Positions 55,652 to 63,810 of a DNA stretch of 64,000 nucleotides are shown here, piece after piece. The notes below the pieces were generated by a model, which was not told the origin of the DNA, made no database searches, and was given only the letters and a program-made list of their open reading frames with translations. The DNA is from an uncultured Planctomycetia bacterium. Its GTDB lineage: Bacteria; Omnitrophota; Gorgyraeia; Gorgyraeales; Gorgyraeaceae. Every line of letters begins with the position of its first letter. The first letter of the stretch is position 1. The translations under genes were made by a program, and so were the position numbers. The DNA is taken from positions 74,475 through 138,474 of the forward strand of contig CAYPYS010000002.1 of the NCBI GenBank assembly GCA_964415355.1, written 5' to 3'.

Positions 55652-56923
55652 TCAAATTAGAATCAGTTCTTTCTGGATCTCTTTTGTTTCTTCTTCTTTT
55701 AAAGGCCCGATAAACGCAAGGTTAAGATTTTTATTGGTAAATATATCGCCTGCAACGCGTTGCAAATCATCGCTGGATACAGAGCTTATTTTTTTAATAA
55801 TCTCATCTTTATCCGGCAGTTTGCCTTCCAGGACCGTGCGTTCGCCTAACCACGCCATGTAATTCGAAGTATCCTCCAAAGAAAGCAAAAACTGGACGTT
55901 AAAAAATTCCTTCGCCCTTTTTAATTCTTTTGCAGGCACCAGTTCTCTTCTTATTTTTTCAAATTCTTTGAGGATCAGCCTGATCGTCTCCTTAGCTTTT
56001 TTATGCTCGGTTCCGACGTTTACTATGAATGCGCCCGTGTCTTTGTATCTTTTTATCTCTGTCCCGATCTCGTAGGCCAGCCCTCTTTTTTCCCGTATGT
56101 TTTCAAATAATCTCGAAGACATGTTTGCGCCTAAAATAATATGAAGGAGGCTTAATATGTATCTGTCCTTATGCGTTCTCTCAAAAGCGCGAAGCCCCAT
56201 GCACATCCGTGTCTGCTTGGTATCTCTGTATAAAGGTTTTATCTGCGGTTTGTCCTGAATATTTTCGGCTTTTACAAAAGACATGTTTTTATTTTCTGGA
56301 GCATATTTGAAAATATTTTTTATTTTTTTGCCTATGTCCTCATGTCCAAGGTTCCCGCATAGGACCACTGTCATATTTTTTTGAACATAATTTGTTTTTT
56401 TATGGCTTACGATGTCTTGCTTGGACATAGAGCTTATGGACTTAATGTCTCCCGCGATAGGATATCCCAGAGGTTGATCCGGCCACATTAATTCATTTAT
56501 TAAATCGTGTACATAGTGATTCGGAAGGTCATGATACATCTTTATTTCTTCTATTATAACAGTGCGTTCTGTCTCTACGTCTTTCTGGGCTAGTGTGGCG
56601 TGCAGGACCATATCGCATAGAACGTCTATGGCTACCCCTATGTGCTTTCCGCTTACCTTAGACAGATAACAGGTGACTTCTTCAGAGGTAAAGCCATTCA
56701 GAGAGCCACCCCGGCCTTCTATCTCCTCTTTTATTTTGCGGGTATTCCTGGCAGGGGTTCCCTTGAAAATCAAGTGCTCTAAAAAATGGGATATGCCGGA
56801 TACGCGTTTCGCCTCATTTCTAGAGCCAGTATCTATCCAGACGCCTACCGTAGCAGATTCCATGTGGGGCATGTGATTTAGAATTATGCGAAGTCCGTTA
56901 TTGAGATTTATGATCTTATGCAT
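55652..56923 (-). CDS. M16-family zinc peptidase (single module)
   Basis: HFLEHLIFKGT HxxEH. 423 aa. Confidence 0.7.
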   Translation of the reverse strand: MHKIINLNNGLRIILNHMPHMESATVGVWIDTGSRNEAKRVSGISHFLEHLIFKGTPARNTRKIKEEIEGRGGSLNGFTSEEVTCYLSKVSGKHIGVAIDVLCDMVLHATLAQKDVETERTVIIEEIKMYHDLPNHYVHDLINELMWPDQPLGYPIAGDIKSISSMSKQDIVSHKKTNYVQKNMTVVLCGNLGHEDIGKKIKNIFKYAPENKNMSFVKAENIQDKPQIKPLYRDTKQTRMCMGLRAFERTHKDRYILSLLHIILGANMSSRLFENIREKRGLAYEIGTEIKRYKDTGAFIVNVGTEHKKAKETIRLILKEFEKIRRELVPAKELKRAKEFFNVQFLLSLEDTSNYMAWLGERTVLEGKLPDKDEIIKKISSVSSDDLQRVAGDIFTNKNLNLAFIGPLKEEETKEIQKELILI

Positions 56924-57347
56924 GCGAGTCCATATACGTTTGTAAGATTAATTGAGCCGCGATCTTATCGATCGATTTCTTGCGTTTTTTCCTCGAGAGG
57001 TCAGCTTCCAGGAGCACGCGTTCCCCTTGCCGAGACGTAAGTCTTTCGTCCACGGTCACCACTTCAATTGCCGCTTTTTTTCTTAACAGCGCGGCGAATT
57101 CTTCAGCTGATTTCGCAGCAGGGCCTTTGGTCCCATTTATATTATAAGGCATCCCGATAATAATTTTTACAACGTCATATTGTTCTGTCAAAGATTTTAT
57201 TTTGCCTAAAACGGATTCGGTGCTCTTTTTTTCTATTGTTTCAAGGCCTTGAGCAGTTATATTCAATGGGTCGCTGATCGCAACGCCAATACGCTTTTCT
57301 CCTATATCAAAAGCGAGTATTCTCGGCATATCAGAAGCGCTTAACAA
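56916..57347 (-). CDS. ruvX: Holliday-junction resolvase-like YqgF/RuvX
   Basis: RILAFDIGEKRIGVAISD N-terminus. Confidence 0.8.
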   Translation of the reverse strand: MLSASDMPRILAFDIGEKRIGVAISDPLNITAQGLETIEKKSTESVLGKIKSLTEQYDVVKIIIGMPYNINGTKGPAAKSAEEFAALLRKKAAIEVVTVDERLTSRQGERVLLEADLSRKKRKKSIDKIAAQLILQTYMDSHA

Positions 57348-58380
57348 GCCTTTTTACTTCCTGGGCTTTATTTTTATTACAGACGAGCGTGCCGGATTTA
57401 GTCTGCACTATTATTAAATCCTTTGCGCCTATCACGCCTATCTTATGATCGCGCTCCCCTATTACAGTGCAATTTTTGACATCTATAAATGCGCTATTGG
57501 AAAGAATGATATTTCCGTCCTTGTCCTTGTCGTATATCTCTTCAACGCTTGACCATGAGCCTATGTCCACCCAGTCGAAGTTTCCTCTTACGCAGAATAT
57601 CTTTTGTGATCTATGCTTGGTTATTGGCTCCATTACGCCGTAATCTATAGACATGGGCTTGATCCTGGAATATTCGTGCGCCAGCTTTATAGCGTAACCT
57701 TTTTTTCTTTCGAGCTTGACCACGTCTTTCAGGCCATAATATAAGCTCGGCATATGTCGCTTTAGCGCCGCCAAGACAGAATCTGTTTTCCAGACAAATA
57801 TACCGCTATTCCAGAGATAATTTTTATGCTTGTAAAATCTTTCCGCCTTTTCTTTATTCGGTTTTTCAATAAACCTTTTCACCGCATAGTGCCCCATGAC
57901 CTTCCGCCCTATTCTGATATAGCCGTATCCTATAGAGGAATATTTCGGTTTTATCCCTATTGTCACAAGGCTGTGATTTACATTGGCTACTTTTTCAGCG
58001 GACACAAGGTCATGGTAAAAGAGCCTCGAGTCTTTGATTATGTGGTCCGCTGGCAGTATTGCCATCGTAGTCTCGCCGAGTCTTTTTTCTAAAGTCAGCG
58101 CTGCAAGACATATCGCCGCCGCAGTGTCTTTTCCCTCGGGCTCCAGGATGATATTCTTCTTGTCCAGGGTGGCTACATACGGTTTTAAAGTCGGGTATTG
58201 ATTTTTAGTAGTCACTAAAAGTATATTTTCTGTGGGAAGATATTGTTTCAACCTTTTTATGGTCTCCTGGATCATTGCATTTCTTGTGCCAAATGAAAGC
58301 GTATGCTTTGCCCTGCCTCTCGTGCTTTTGGGCCATAGCCTTTCGCCTTTTCCACCAGCCATTATTACCGCATGTATCAT
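57331..58380 (-). CDS. Mannose-1-phosphate guanylyltransferase-like sugar-phosphate nucleotidyltransferase
   Basis: AVIMAGGKGERLWP N-terminal NTP-transferase motif. 349 aa. Confidence 0.7.
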   Translation of the reverse strand: MIHAVIMAGGKGERLWPKSTRGRAKHTLSFGTRNAMIQETIKRLKQYLPTENILLVTTKNQYPTLKPYVATLDKKNIILEPEGKDTAAAICLAALTLEKRLGETTMAILPADHIIKDSRLFYHDLVSAEKVANVNHSLVTIGIKPKYSSIGYGYIRIGRKVMGHYAVKRFIEKPNKEKAERFYKHKNYLWNSGIFVWKTDSVLAALKRHMPSLYYGLKDVVKLERKKGYAIKLAHEYSRIKPMSIDYGVMEPITKHRSQKIFCVRGNFDWVDIGSWSSVEEIYDKDKDGNIILSNSAFIDVKNCTVIGERDHKIGVIGAKDLIIVQTKSGTLVCNKNKAQEVKRLVKRF

Positions 58381-58392
58381 TTATTCCTCCGC

Positions 58393-58431
58393 CTAACTTT
58401 ACACTTTAACGTTGTTGAAATGTAAAGTTAG
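58393..58431. repeat. R1 palindromic element
   Basis: ctaactttacactttaacgttgttgaaatgtaaagttag. Contains the trpA stop. Confidence 0.9.
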
Positions 58432-59213
58432 CTTTTTAATGATCTTACAAATCTGCCGACTTTTTTAACTAAATCTCCCTTGCCGATGTTCTTTTCGACG
58501 ATTTTTATAATAGCGCTCCCGACGATAACGCCGTCAGCCAATCTTGATATTGACTTTACCTGTTCAGGCTTGGAAATACCAAAGCCTACGCATAAAGGCC
58601 TCTTTGTCATCTTTTTTATTTTTTTCAGGCTGTTCGTGATCTCCTTGGGCAATTCTTTCCTGGCTCCGGTGGTGCCGGTCAGCGAGACATAATAAATAAA
58701 TCCTGTGCTGGCTTTAGATATCATCTTTATTCTTTCTTTGGAACTAGTAGGGGCCAGAAGGTGTATTATTGAAAAGTCATTCTTCTTTCCCGCGCGGCGT
58801 AGTTCTCCTGATTCTTCGGGAGGAAGGTCAGGGATGACGATGCCATCTACGCCAGAAGACTTTGCTTTCTTAACGAATTTCTCTAATCCGCGATGATATA
58901 CAAGATTATAATACGTCAAGAAAACTATGGGGATGGGGGTTTTTGTTCTGATGCTTTTTACAAGATCGCATACTAGATCCATGTTTATTTTATTCTTTAG
59001 CGCGCGTTCCGATGAGCGTTGTATAGTCGGTCCGTCTGCGAGAGGGTCTGAAAACGGCACGCCTAACTCGATGATGTCAGCGCCCTGCTTTTCTAATTCG
59101 AATATAAGTTTTCTTGTAACAGAAAGATTCGGATCCCCTGCCATTATAAAAGCGACAAACGCCTTCTTGCGTTTTTTCTTCAGTTCTTTAAATTTTTTAT
59201 CTATACGGTTCAT
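58428..59213 (-). CDS. trpA: Tryptophan synthase alpha chain
   Basis: IELGVPFSDPLADGPTIQ signature. Confidence 0.85.
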   Translation of the reverse strand: MNRIDKKFKELKKKRKKAFVAFIMAGDPNLSVTRKLIFELEKQGADIIELGVPFSDPLADGPTIQRSSERALKNKINMDLVCDLVKSIRTKTPIPIVFLTYYNLVYHRGLEKFVKKAKSSGVDGIVIPDLPPEESGELRRAGKKNDFSIIHLLAPTSSKERIKMISKASTGFIYYVSLTGTTGARKELPKEITNSLKKIKKMTKRPLCVGFGISKPEQVKSISRLADGVIVGSAIIKIVEKNIGKGDLVKKVGRFVRSLKS

Positions 59214-59224
59214 AAATCACTGTC

Positions 59225-59263
59225 CTAACTTTACATTTCAACAACGTTAAAGTGTAAAGTTAG
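59225..59263. repeat. R1 palindromic element (between trpB and trpA)
   Basis: ctaactttacatttcaacaacgttaaagtgtaaagttag. Contains the trpB stop. Confidence 0.9.
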
Positions 59264-60435
59264 GCGTACACGTCTTTTATTATATCTATGTCTTTATCGC
59301 CCCTGCCGGAAAGACATACGACAATAATCTTATTTTTGGTTAGTTTCGGCGCGAGTCTCTTTACCGCGTAGTAAATCGCGTGACTCGGTTCCAGCGCCGG
59401 TATAATCCCCTCTGCTTCGCATAAGATCTTAAATCCCTCGAGTGCTTCTTTGTCTGTCACGGATACATATTTTGCCCTGCCGGTTTCTTTGTAATAAGAG
59501 TGTTCAGGGCCTACGCCTGGATAATCTAATCCGGCAGAGATCGAATGAGCAACTGTTATTTGACCATCTTTACTTTGCAATAGATAGCTTTTGCTCCCAT
59601 GTAATACGCCTGGCTTTCCTTTGCAGAGAGCTGCGCCATGTTTTCCGCTGTCCAGGCCTAGCCCGCCCGCCTCCACGCCTATAAATTTAACCTTTGTATT
59701 GAAAAATGAATGAAATATCCCTATTGAGTTGCTTCCTCCTCCGACGCACGCAACCAAATAATCCGGAAGTTTCTTTTCATATTTTAAAATTTGCCTCTTT
59801 GACTCTTTGCCTATTATAGCTTGAAAATCCCTGACCATTGCAGGATATGGGTGCGGACCTACGACAGATCCGATTATGTAATGAGTTGTCCTTACGTTTG
59901 TGACCCAGTCTCTTATTGCTTCATTGGTAGCGTCTTTTAAAGTCTTGCTGCCAGAGTGCACAGGGATAACTCTTGCACCCAGGAGTTTCATTTTAAATAC
60001 ATTGAGCTTTTGCCGCTCTATATCCTCTACGCCCATATAAACGTCGCATGGAAGACCGAATACAGCTGCAGCGGTAGCGGTTGCGACTCCGTGCTGGCCT
60101 GCCCCTGTCTCTGCTATTATGCGTGACTTGCCCATCTTTACAGCGAGGAGCGCCTGGCCGAGCGTATTGTTTATTTTGTGCGCGCCTGTGTGGAGCAGGT
60201 CCTCTCTCTTTAGATATATCCTTGCACCATATTTCTTAGAGAGATTTTTGGCAAAGTAGAGCGTTGTTGGTCTGCCTGCGTAAACGCTCAGCAAGCTATT
60301 CAGCTCTCGTTTGAATTTAGTATCCCGGAGAGCTTTTTTATATTCTTTCTCGAGCTCTTGAAGCGCTACCATAAGCGTTTCAGGCACAAACTTTCCACCA
60401 AAACCCTGAAATTTACCCCTTTTATCAGGCAGCAT
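59260..60435 (-). CDS. trpB: Tryptophan synthase beta chain
   Basis: [14 protein letters not shown]-lysine motif. 391 aa. Confidence 0.9.
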   Translation of the reverse strand: MLPDKRGKFQGFGGKFVPETLMVALQELEKEYKKALRDTKFKRELNSLLSVYAGRPTTLYFAKNLSKKYGARIYLKREDLLHTGAHKINNTLGQALLAVKMGKSRIIAETGAGQHGVATATAAAVFGLPCDVYMGVEDIERQKLNVFKMKLLGARVIPVHSGSKTLKDATNEAIRDWVTNVRTTHYIIGSVVGPHPYPAMVRDFQAIIGKESKRQILKYEKKLPDYLVACVGGGSNSIGIFHSFFNTKVKFIGVEAGGLGLDSGKHGAALCKGKPGVLHGSKSYLLQSKDGQITVAHSISAGLDYPGVGPEHSYYKETGRAKYVSVTDKEALEGFKILCEAEGIIPALEPSHAIYYAVKRLAPKLTKNKIIVVCLSGRGDKDIDIIKDVYA

Positions 60436-60504
60436 ATATTTCCCCCATATATAGCTTATAAATTATATAGTAAAAAAGGCAGGGTGTCAATAGTAAGGCT
60501 GAAA

Positions 60505-60542
60505 TAAGTATACATTTCAACATTGTTGAAATGTATACTTAA
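60505..60542. repeat. R1v variant palindromic element
   Basis: taagtatacatttcaacattgttgaaatgtatacttaa. Confidence 0.85.
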
Positions 60543-62503
60543 GGTTCGATTATTGTCTCGCACTTTGGGATTGAGTTTAGGAATTGGCGGCCGTAAGATT
60601 TATTTATAATGCGGCTGTCCAGAATAGCTATTATACCTGTGTCGCTCTTGCTTCTAATGAGCCTGCCGAAGCCCTGCTTGAATCTTAGTACTGCTTCTGG
60701 CAGGCTGTATTCCAGAAAAGCGTCGCCGCCTCTTTTTTGGATCTCCTCTATCCGCGCTTCTATTACAGGTGAATCCGGAACAGCAAACGGGAGTTTAGTA
60801 ATGATTACGTTCGAAAGCGCGTTGCCCTGAACATCTATGCCTTGCCAGAAGCTATCTACGCCAAAGAGAATCGAACCCAGATTGTTTTTGAATTTAGCCA
60901 GCATCTTGCTTCTGCCCAGGCCAGCACCTTGCTTAAGCAGGCTAAAGCCTTTATCAGAGAGATAGCCTTCCAGTTCTTCGTAAACAATATTCATTAGGCC
61001 ATAACTTGTAAATAAAACAAATGCGTTGCCGTTTGTAAATTCAATATATCTTTTTATCCTTTCTGAGACCGCAGAGGCATAGCTGGTAATACTGTCAGGC
61101 CTGGGCATATTTTTAGCTATATACATTCTGACCTGATTTTTATAATCAAAAGGCGAGCCGAGCTTTAATTCTTGAGAGTCTTTTGCCCCCACCCTCTCTT
61201 TAAAGTATTCAAATGAACTGCTGTCGACAGAGAGAGTCGCGCTTGTAAGTATTGTTGGTTTGCGTGATGAAAAAACAAGATTTTTTAAAATATTGCCTAT
61301 GTTTATAGGGGCCGCGTTTATAGAGACTTTGTTCGTCCGCCTGTTCCTGGAGGACTCTATCCAGTATACGTAATTATCAAAAGTCTGGTTGAGTATAACG
61401 TCTAAAGAAGCGCTCAGGGCGTTGATTTTTCTTATATATGTGGCGGTTTCAATCTCGTCTTCCTTGTTTCTGGCATTCTTCCTGGCTTTTGCCAGTGATT
61501 CGCCAAGTTTTTGGAGAGGCGTCAGTAGAGAGTTGTCTATAAAATTCGGGTGCCTTATTCGTAGCGATTCTGATGTCCCATTAAGTTTTTTGCCTTCAAG
61601 ATATTCTTTCGCGCCTTTAAAAAAAGAGTCTGATCTTTTGCGCACTACCTCTACCCATTCCATGCTTTCCTGGTCACCCGTAGTCAGTAAGAAACCTTTT
61701 TGCTTTTTTATATTAAACAAGAGATCCATGAGATATTTTACGCTGATGTTGCTGGCGCTTGCCCCAAGGTGTTCTGTAGCAACGTTCTCTATGCTATGCG
61801 CTTCGTCAAACACCAGTATGTCATATTCGGGGAGTATGCCTTTCTGGTCTTCCTGCATTGCCAGGTTGGAAAAGAATAAGTGATGATTTACGATCAATAG
61901 CCGCGCGTCCTGCATCTTTTCTCTCGCTTTTTGGAAAAAGCATTGTTTTTTATACGGGCAGGCCTTTCCCATGCACGATTCGGTATTCGCTGAGACCATG
62001 TCCCAGACCTTTGGATCCGGTTCTTCGTCCAGATCGTAGAGTGAGCCATCCTCTGTCCTGTACGACCACGCCACTATCTTTGCGAACTGCTGCATTTCGT
62101 ATTCGTCCGCGAACAGGTCTTGCTGTTTAAAGTTAGACCTGCGCAGCCTTCTCAGGCATAGATAATTGCGCCGGCCTTTTACAAGGACAGCCTTGAAATC
62201 TTTTTCCAGGACCTTTTCTAAAAAAGGTATGTCTTTTTGGATGATCTGTTCTTGGAGATTTATGGTGTTCGTGGATATTAGAGCGACTGAGTTGTTTTCG
62301 AGGGCGTATCGGGCGACTGGCACCAGGTAAGAAAAACTTTTGCCAACCCCCGTCCCTGCCTCAACCGCAAGTGTATGCGAATTTAATATAGCCTTCTGAA
62401 CGGCCTTCGCCATTTTTACCTGCTCTTCGCGAGCTTCGTAATTAGGCATTTTTTTGGCGATAGGACCGGATTGGCCAAATACAGTATCTATGTAGTTATT
62501 CAT
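60539..62503 (-). CDS. DinG/Rad3-like ATP-dependent DNA helicase
   Basis: GTGVGKS Walker A, VFDEAHSIEN DEAH box. 654 aa. Confidence 0.75.
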   Translation of the reverse strand: MNNYIDTVFGQSGPIAKKMPNYEAREEQVKMAKAVQKAILNSHTLAVEAGTGVGKSFSYLVPVARYALENNSVALISTNTINLQEQIIQKDIPFLEKVLEKDFKAVLVKGRRNYLCLRRLRRSNFKQQDLFADEYEMQQFAKIVAWSYRTEDGSLYDLDEEPDPKVWDMVSANTESCMGKACPYKKQCFFQKAREKMQDARLLIVNHHLFFSNLAMQEDQKGILPEYDILVFDEAHSIENVATEHLGASASNISVKYLMDLLFNIKKQKGFLLTTGDQESMEWVEVVRKRSDSFFKGAKEYLEGKKLNGTSESLRIRHPNFIDNSLLTPLQKLGESLAKARKNARNKEDEIETATYIRKINALSASLDVILNQTFDNYVYWIESSRNRRTNKVSINAAPINIGNILKNLVFSSRKPTILTSATLSVDSSSFEYFKERVGAKDSQELKLGSPFDYKNQVRMYIAKNMPRPDSITSYASAVSERIKRYIEFTNGNAFVLFTSYGLMNIVYEELEGYLSDKGFSLLKQGAGLGRSKMLAKFKNNLGSILFGVDSFWQGIDVQGNALSNVIITKLPFAVPDSPVIEARIEEIQKRGGDAFLEYSLPEAVLRFKQGFGRLIRSKSDTGIIAILDSRIINKSYGRQFLNSIPKCETIIEP

Positions 62504-63114
62504 TTTTTAAAAAGACTTATTTTTTTCTCTTCACCCTTTCGCAATCGCTTTAAGTTAGACTTATGTTTGTATACGATAATAACGCACAGGATGCTCATGA
62601 ATACGATTATTTCCGTTGGTTCGCCGAATATTAACGTGAATATCGGGATTGCAACAGAGGCTAAAATCGAGGCGACCGACACATACCCTGTCAGGAAGAA
62701 CGCTATTGCCCATGCCAGGAAACCGAGCCAGAATATCTTAGGTATGAGCCCTATGACGACGCCTGCGCTTGTAGCGACACCTTTACCGCCTTTAAATTTC
62801 AGAAATACCGGCCAGTTATGACCGGTTATCGCGGCCATGCCGCACAGGACCTGATATAATTCAGGCCTCGTTACCGGCGTTATATACAGGAATGAATTTG
62901 CGATTAAAGTCGTTGCCATATATCCTTTGAATATATCTATGGCCAGTACGATGATCGCCGGCACCCTGCCTATTACCCTGGAAGCATTTGTAGCACCTAC
63001 GTTCCCGCTTCCATATTGTCGTATATCGACGCCCTTAAGTAATCGCGCGAATATGTAGGCCGTGGGCACTGATCCAATTAAATAAGCAACTATTACTCCT
63101 AAAAATAATACCAT
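62500..63114 (-). CDS. plsY: Glycerol-3-phosphate acyltransferase PlsY
   Basis: GSGNVGATN motif, multi-TM, 204 aa. Confidence 0.85.
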   Translation of the reverse strand: MVLFLGVIVAYLIGSVPTAYIFARLLKGVDIRQYGSGNVGATNASRVIGRVPAIIVLAIDIFKGYMATTLIANSFLYITPVTRPELYQVLCGMAAITGHNWPVFLKFKGGKGVATSAGVVIGLIPKIFWLGFLAWAIAFFLTGYVSVASILASVAIPIFTLIFGEPTEIIVFMSILCVIIVYKHKSNLKRLRKGEEKKISLFKK

Positions 63115-63125
63115 GAGTTCCTTTT

Positions 63126-63151
63126 GGATTCTCGCTTTCGCGGGGATGACA
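63126..63151. repeat. R2 hairpin element, divergent copy
   Basis: ggattctcgctttcgcggggatgaca, directly upstream of the plsY SD. Confidence 0.75.
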
Positions 63152-63155
63152 GCGC

Positions 63156-63196
63156 CTTAAGTATACATTTTAACATTGTTGAAATGTATACTTAAG
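63156..63196. repeat. R1v variant palindromic element (adjacent to R2)
   Basis: cttaagtatacattttaacattgttgaaatgtatacttaag. Confidence 0.85.
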
Positions 63197-63205
63197 AAAA
63201 GTGAT

Positions 63206-63763
63206 TTAAGATTTTTGGAGTTCACTTAGCTGTTTCGAGCCGCGCCATATATAGTCTATGCCGGAAAGCGCAGTAAAAAATACAGCCGGATAAATAAGGA
63301 ATTTATTGTATTTAAAAATTGCAAGAATTGCCAATATGGATATCATCTGGAAAAAAGTAGTTATTTTTCCGAGAAAGCTCGGTTTTATAGCTATATTTCC
63401 TTTTAAAAAATAGATCACCAAAGAACCGAGTACGATTATAATATCTCTGGTTATGACTGTAAGGACTGCCCACGCAGGAATGCGGATATCAGCGGGTATA
63501 TTGCCAATAACCGAAAGAGTAATGAATGCACTCGATATCAGAAGCTTGTCGGCAATTGGGTCCAAGATGATACCTAATTCAGTCACTTCTCCGCGACTTC
63601 GAGCAATGCCTCCGTCGATAGCATCTGCGAATGCGGCTATTGCAAAAAGAGCCAAGGCTGCGAACCTCAGAAAGGTCCGTCCCTCGCCATAATACAAAAG
63701 ACTGGCTATAAAAAATGGTATTAAAAGTATGCGAAAGATTGTAATTTTATTAGCTAGATTCAT
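63206..63763 (-). CDS. pgsA: CDP-diacylglycerol--glycerol-3-phosphate 3-phosphatidyltransferase (CDP-alcohol phosphatidyltransferase family)
   Basis: DAIDGGIARSRGEVTELGIILDPIADK CDP-OH motif. Confidence 0.8.
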   Translation of the reverse strand: MNLANKITIFRILLIPFFIASLLYYGEGRTFLRFAALALFAIAAFADAIDGGIARSRGEVTELGIILDPIADKLLISSAFITLSVIGNIPADIRIPAWAVLTVITRDIIIVLGSLVIYFLKGNIAIKPSFLGKITTFFQMISILAILAIFKYNKFLIYPAVFFTALSGIDYIWRGSKQLSELQKS

Positions 63764-63771
63764 AGCATTCT

Positions 63772-63810
63772 CTAACTTTACACTTTAACATTGTTGAAAT
63801 GTAAAGTTAG
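63772..63810. repeat. R1 palindromic element
   Basis: ctaactttacactttaacattgttgaaatgtaaagttag. Contains the stop of the partial terminal CDS. Confidence 0.9.

Noticed and set aside
1364-63810. CRISPR array interpretation of the recurring 39-nt repeat
   Set aside because: Copies are dispersed 0.4-6 kb apart among unrelated genes and in both orientations. There is no regular spacer periodicity, leader or cas gene.
1364-63810. R1 as classical Rho-independent terminators
   Set aside because: No U-tract follows the hairpin in either orientation. Copies also occur inside operons (trpB-trpA, RACo-cooC). The structure is more REP-like than terminator-like.
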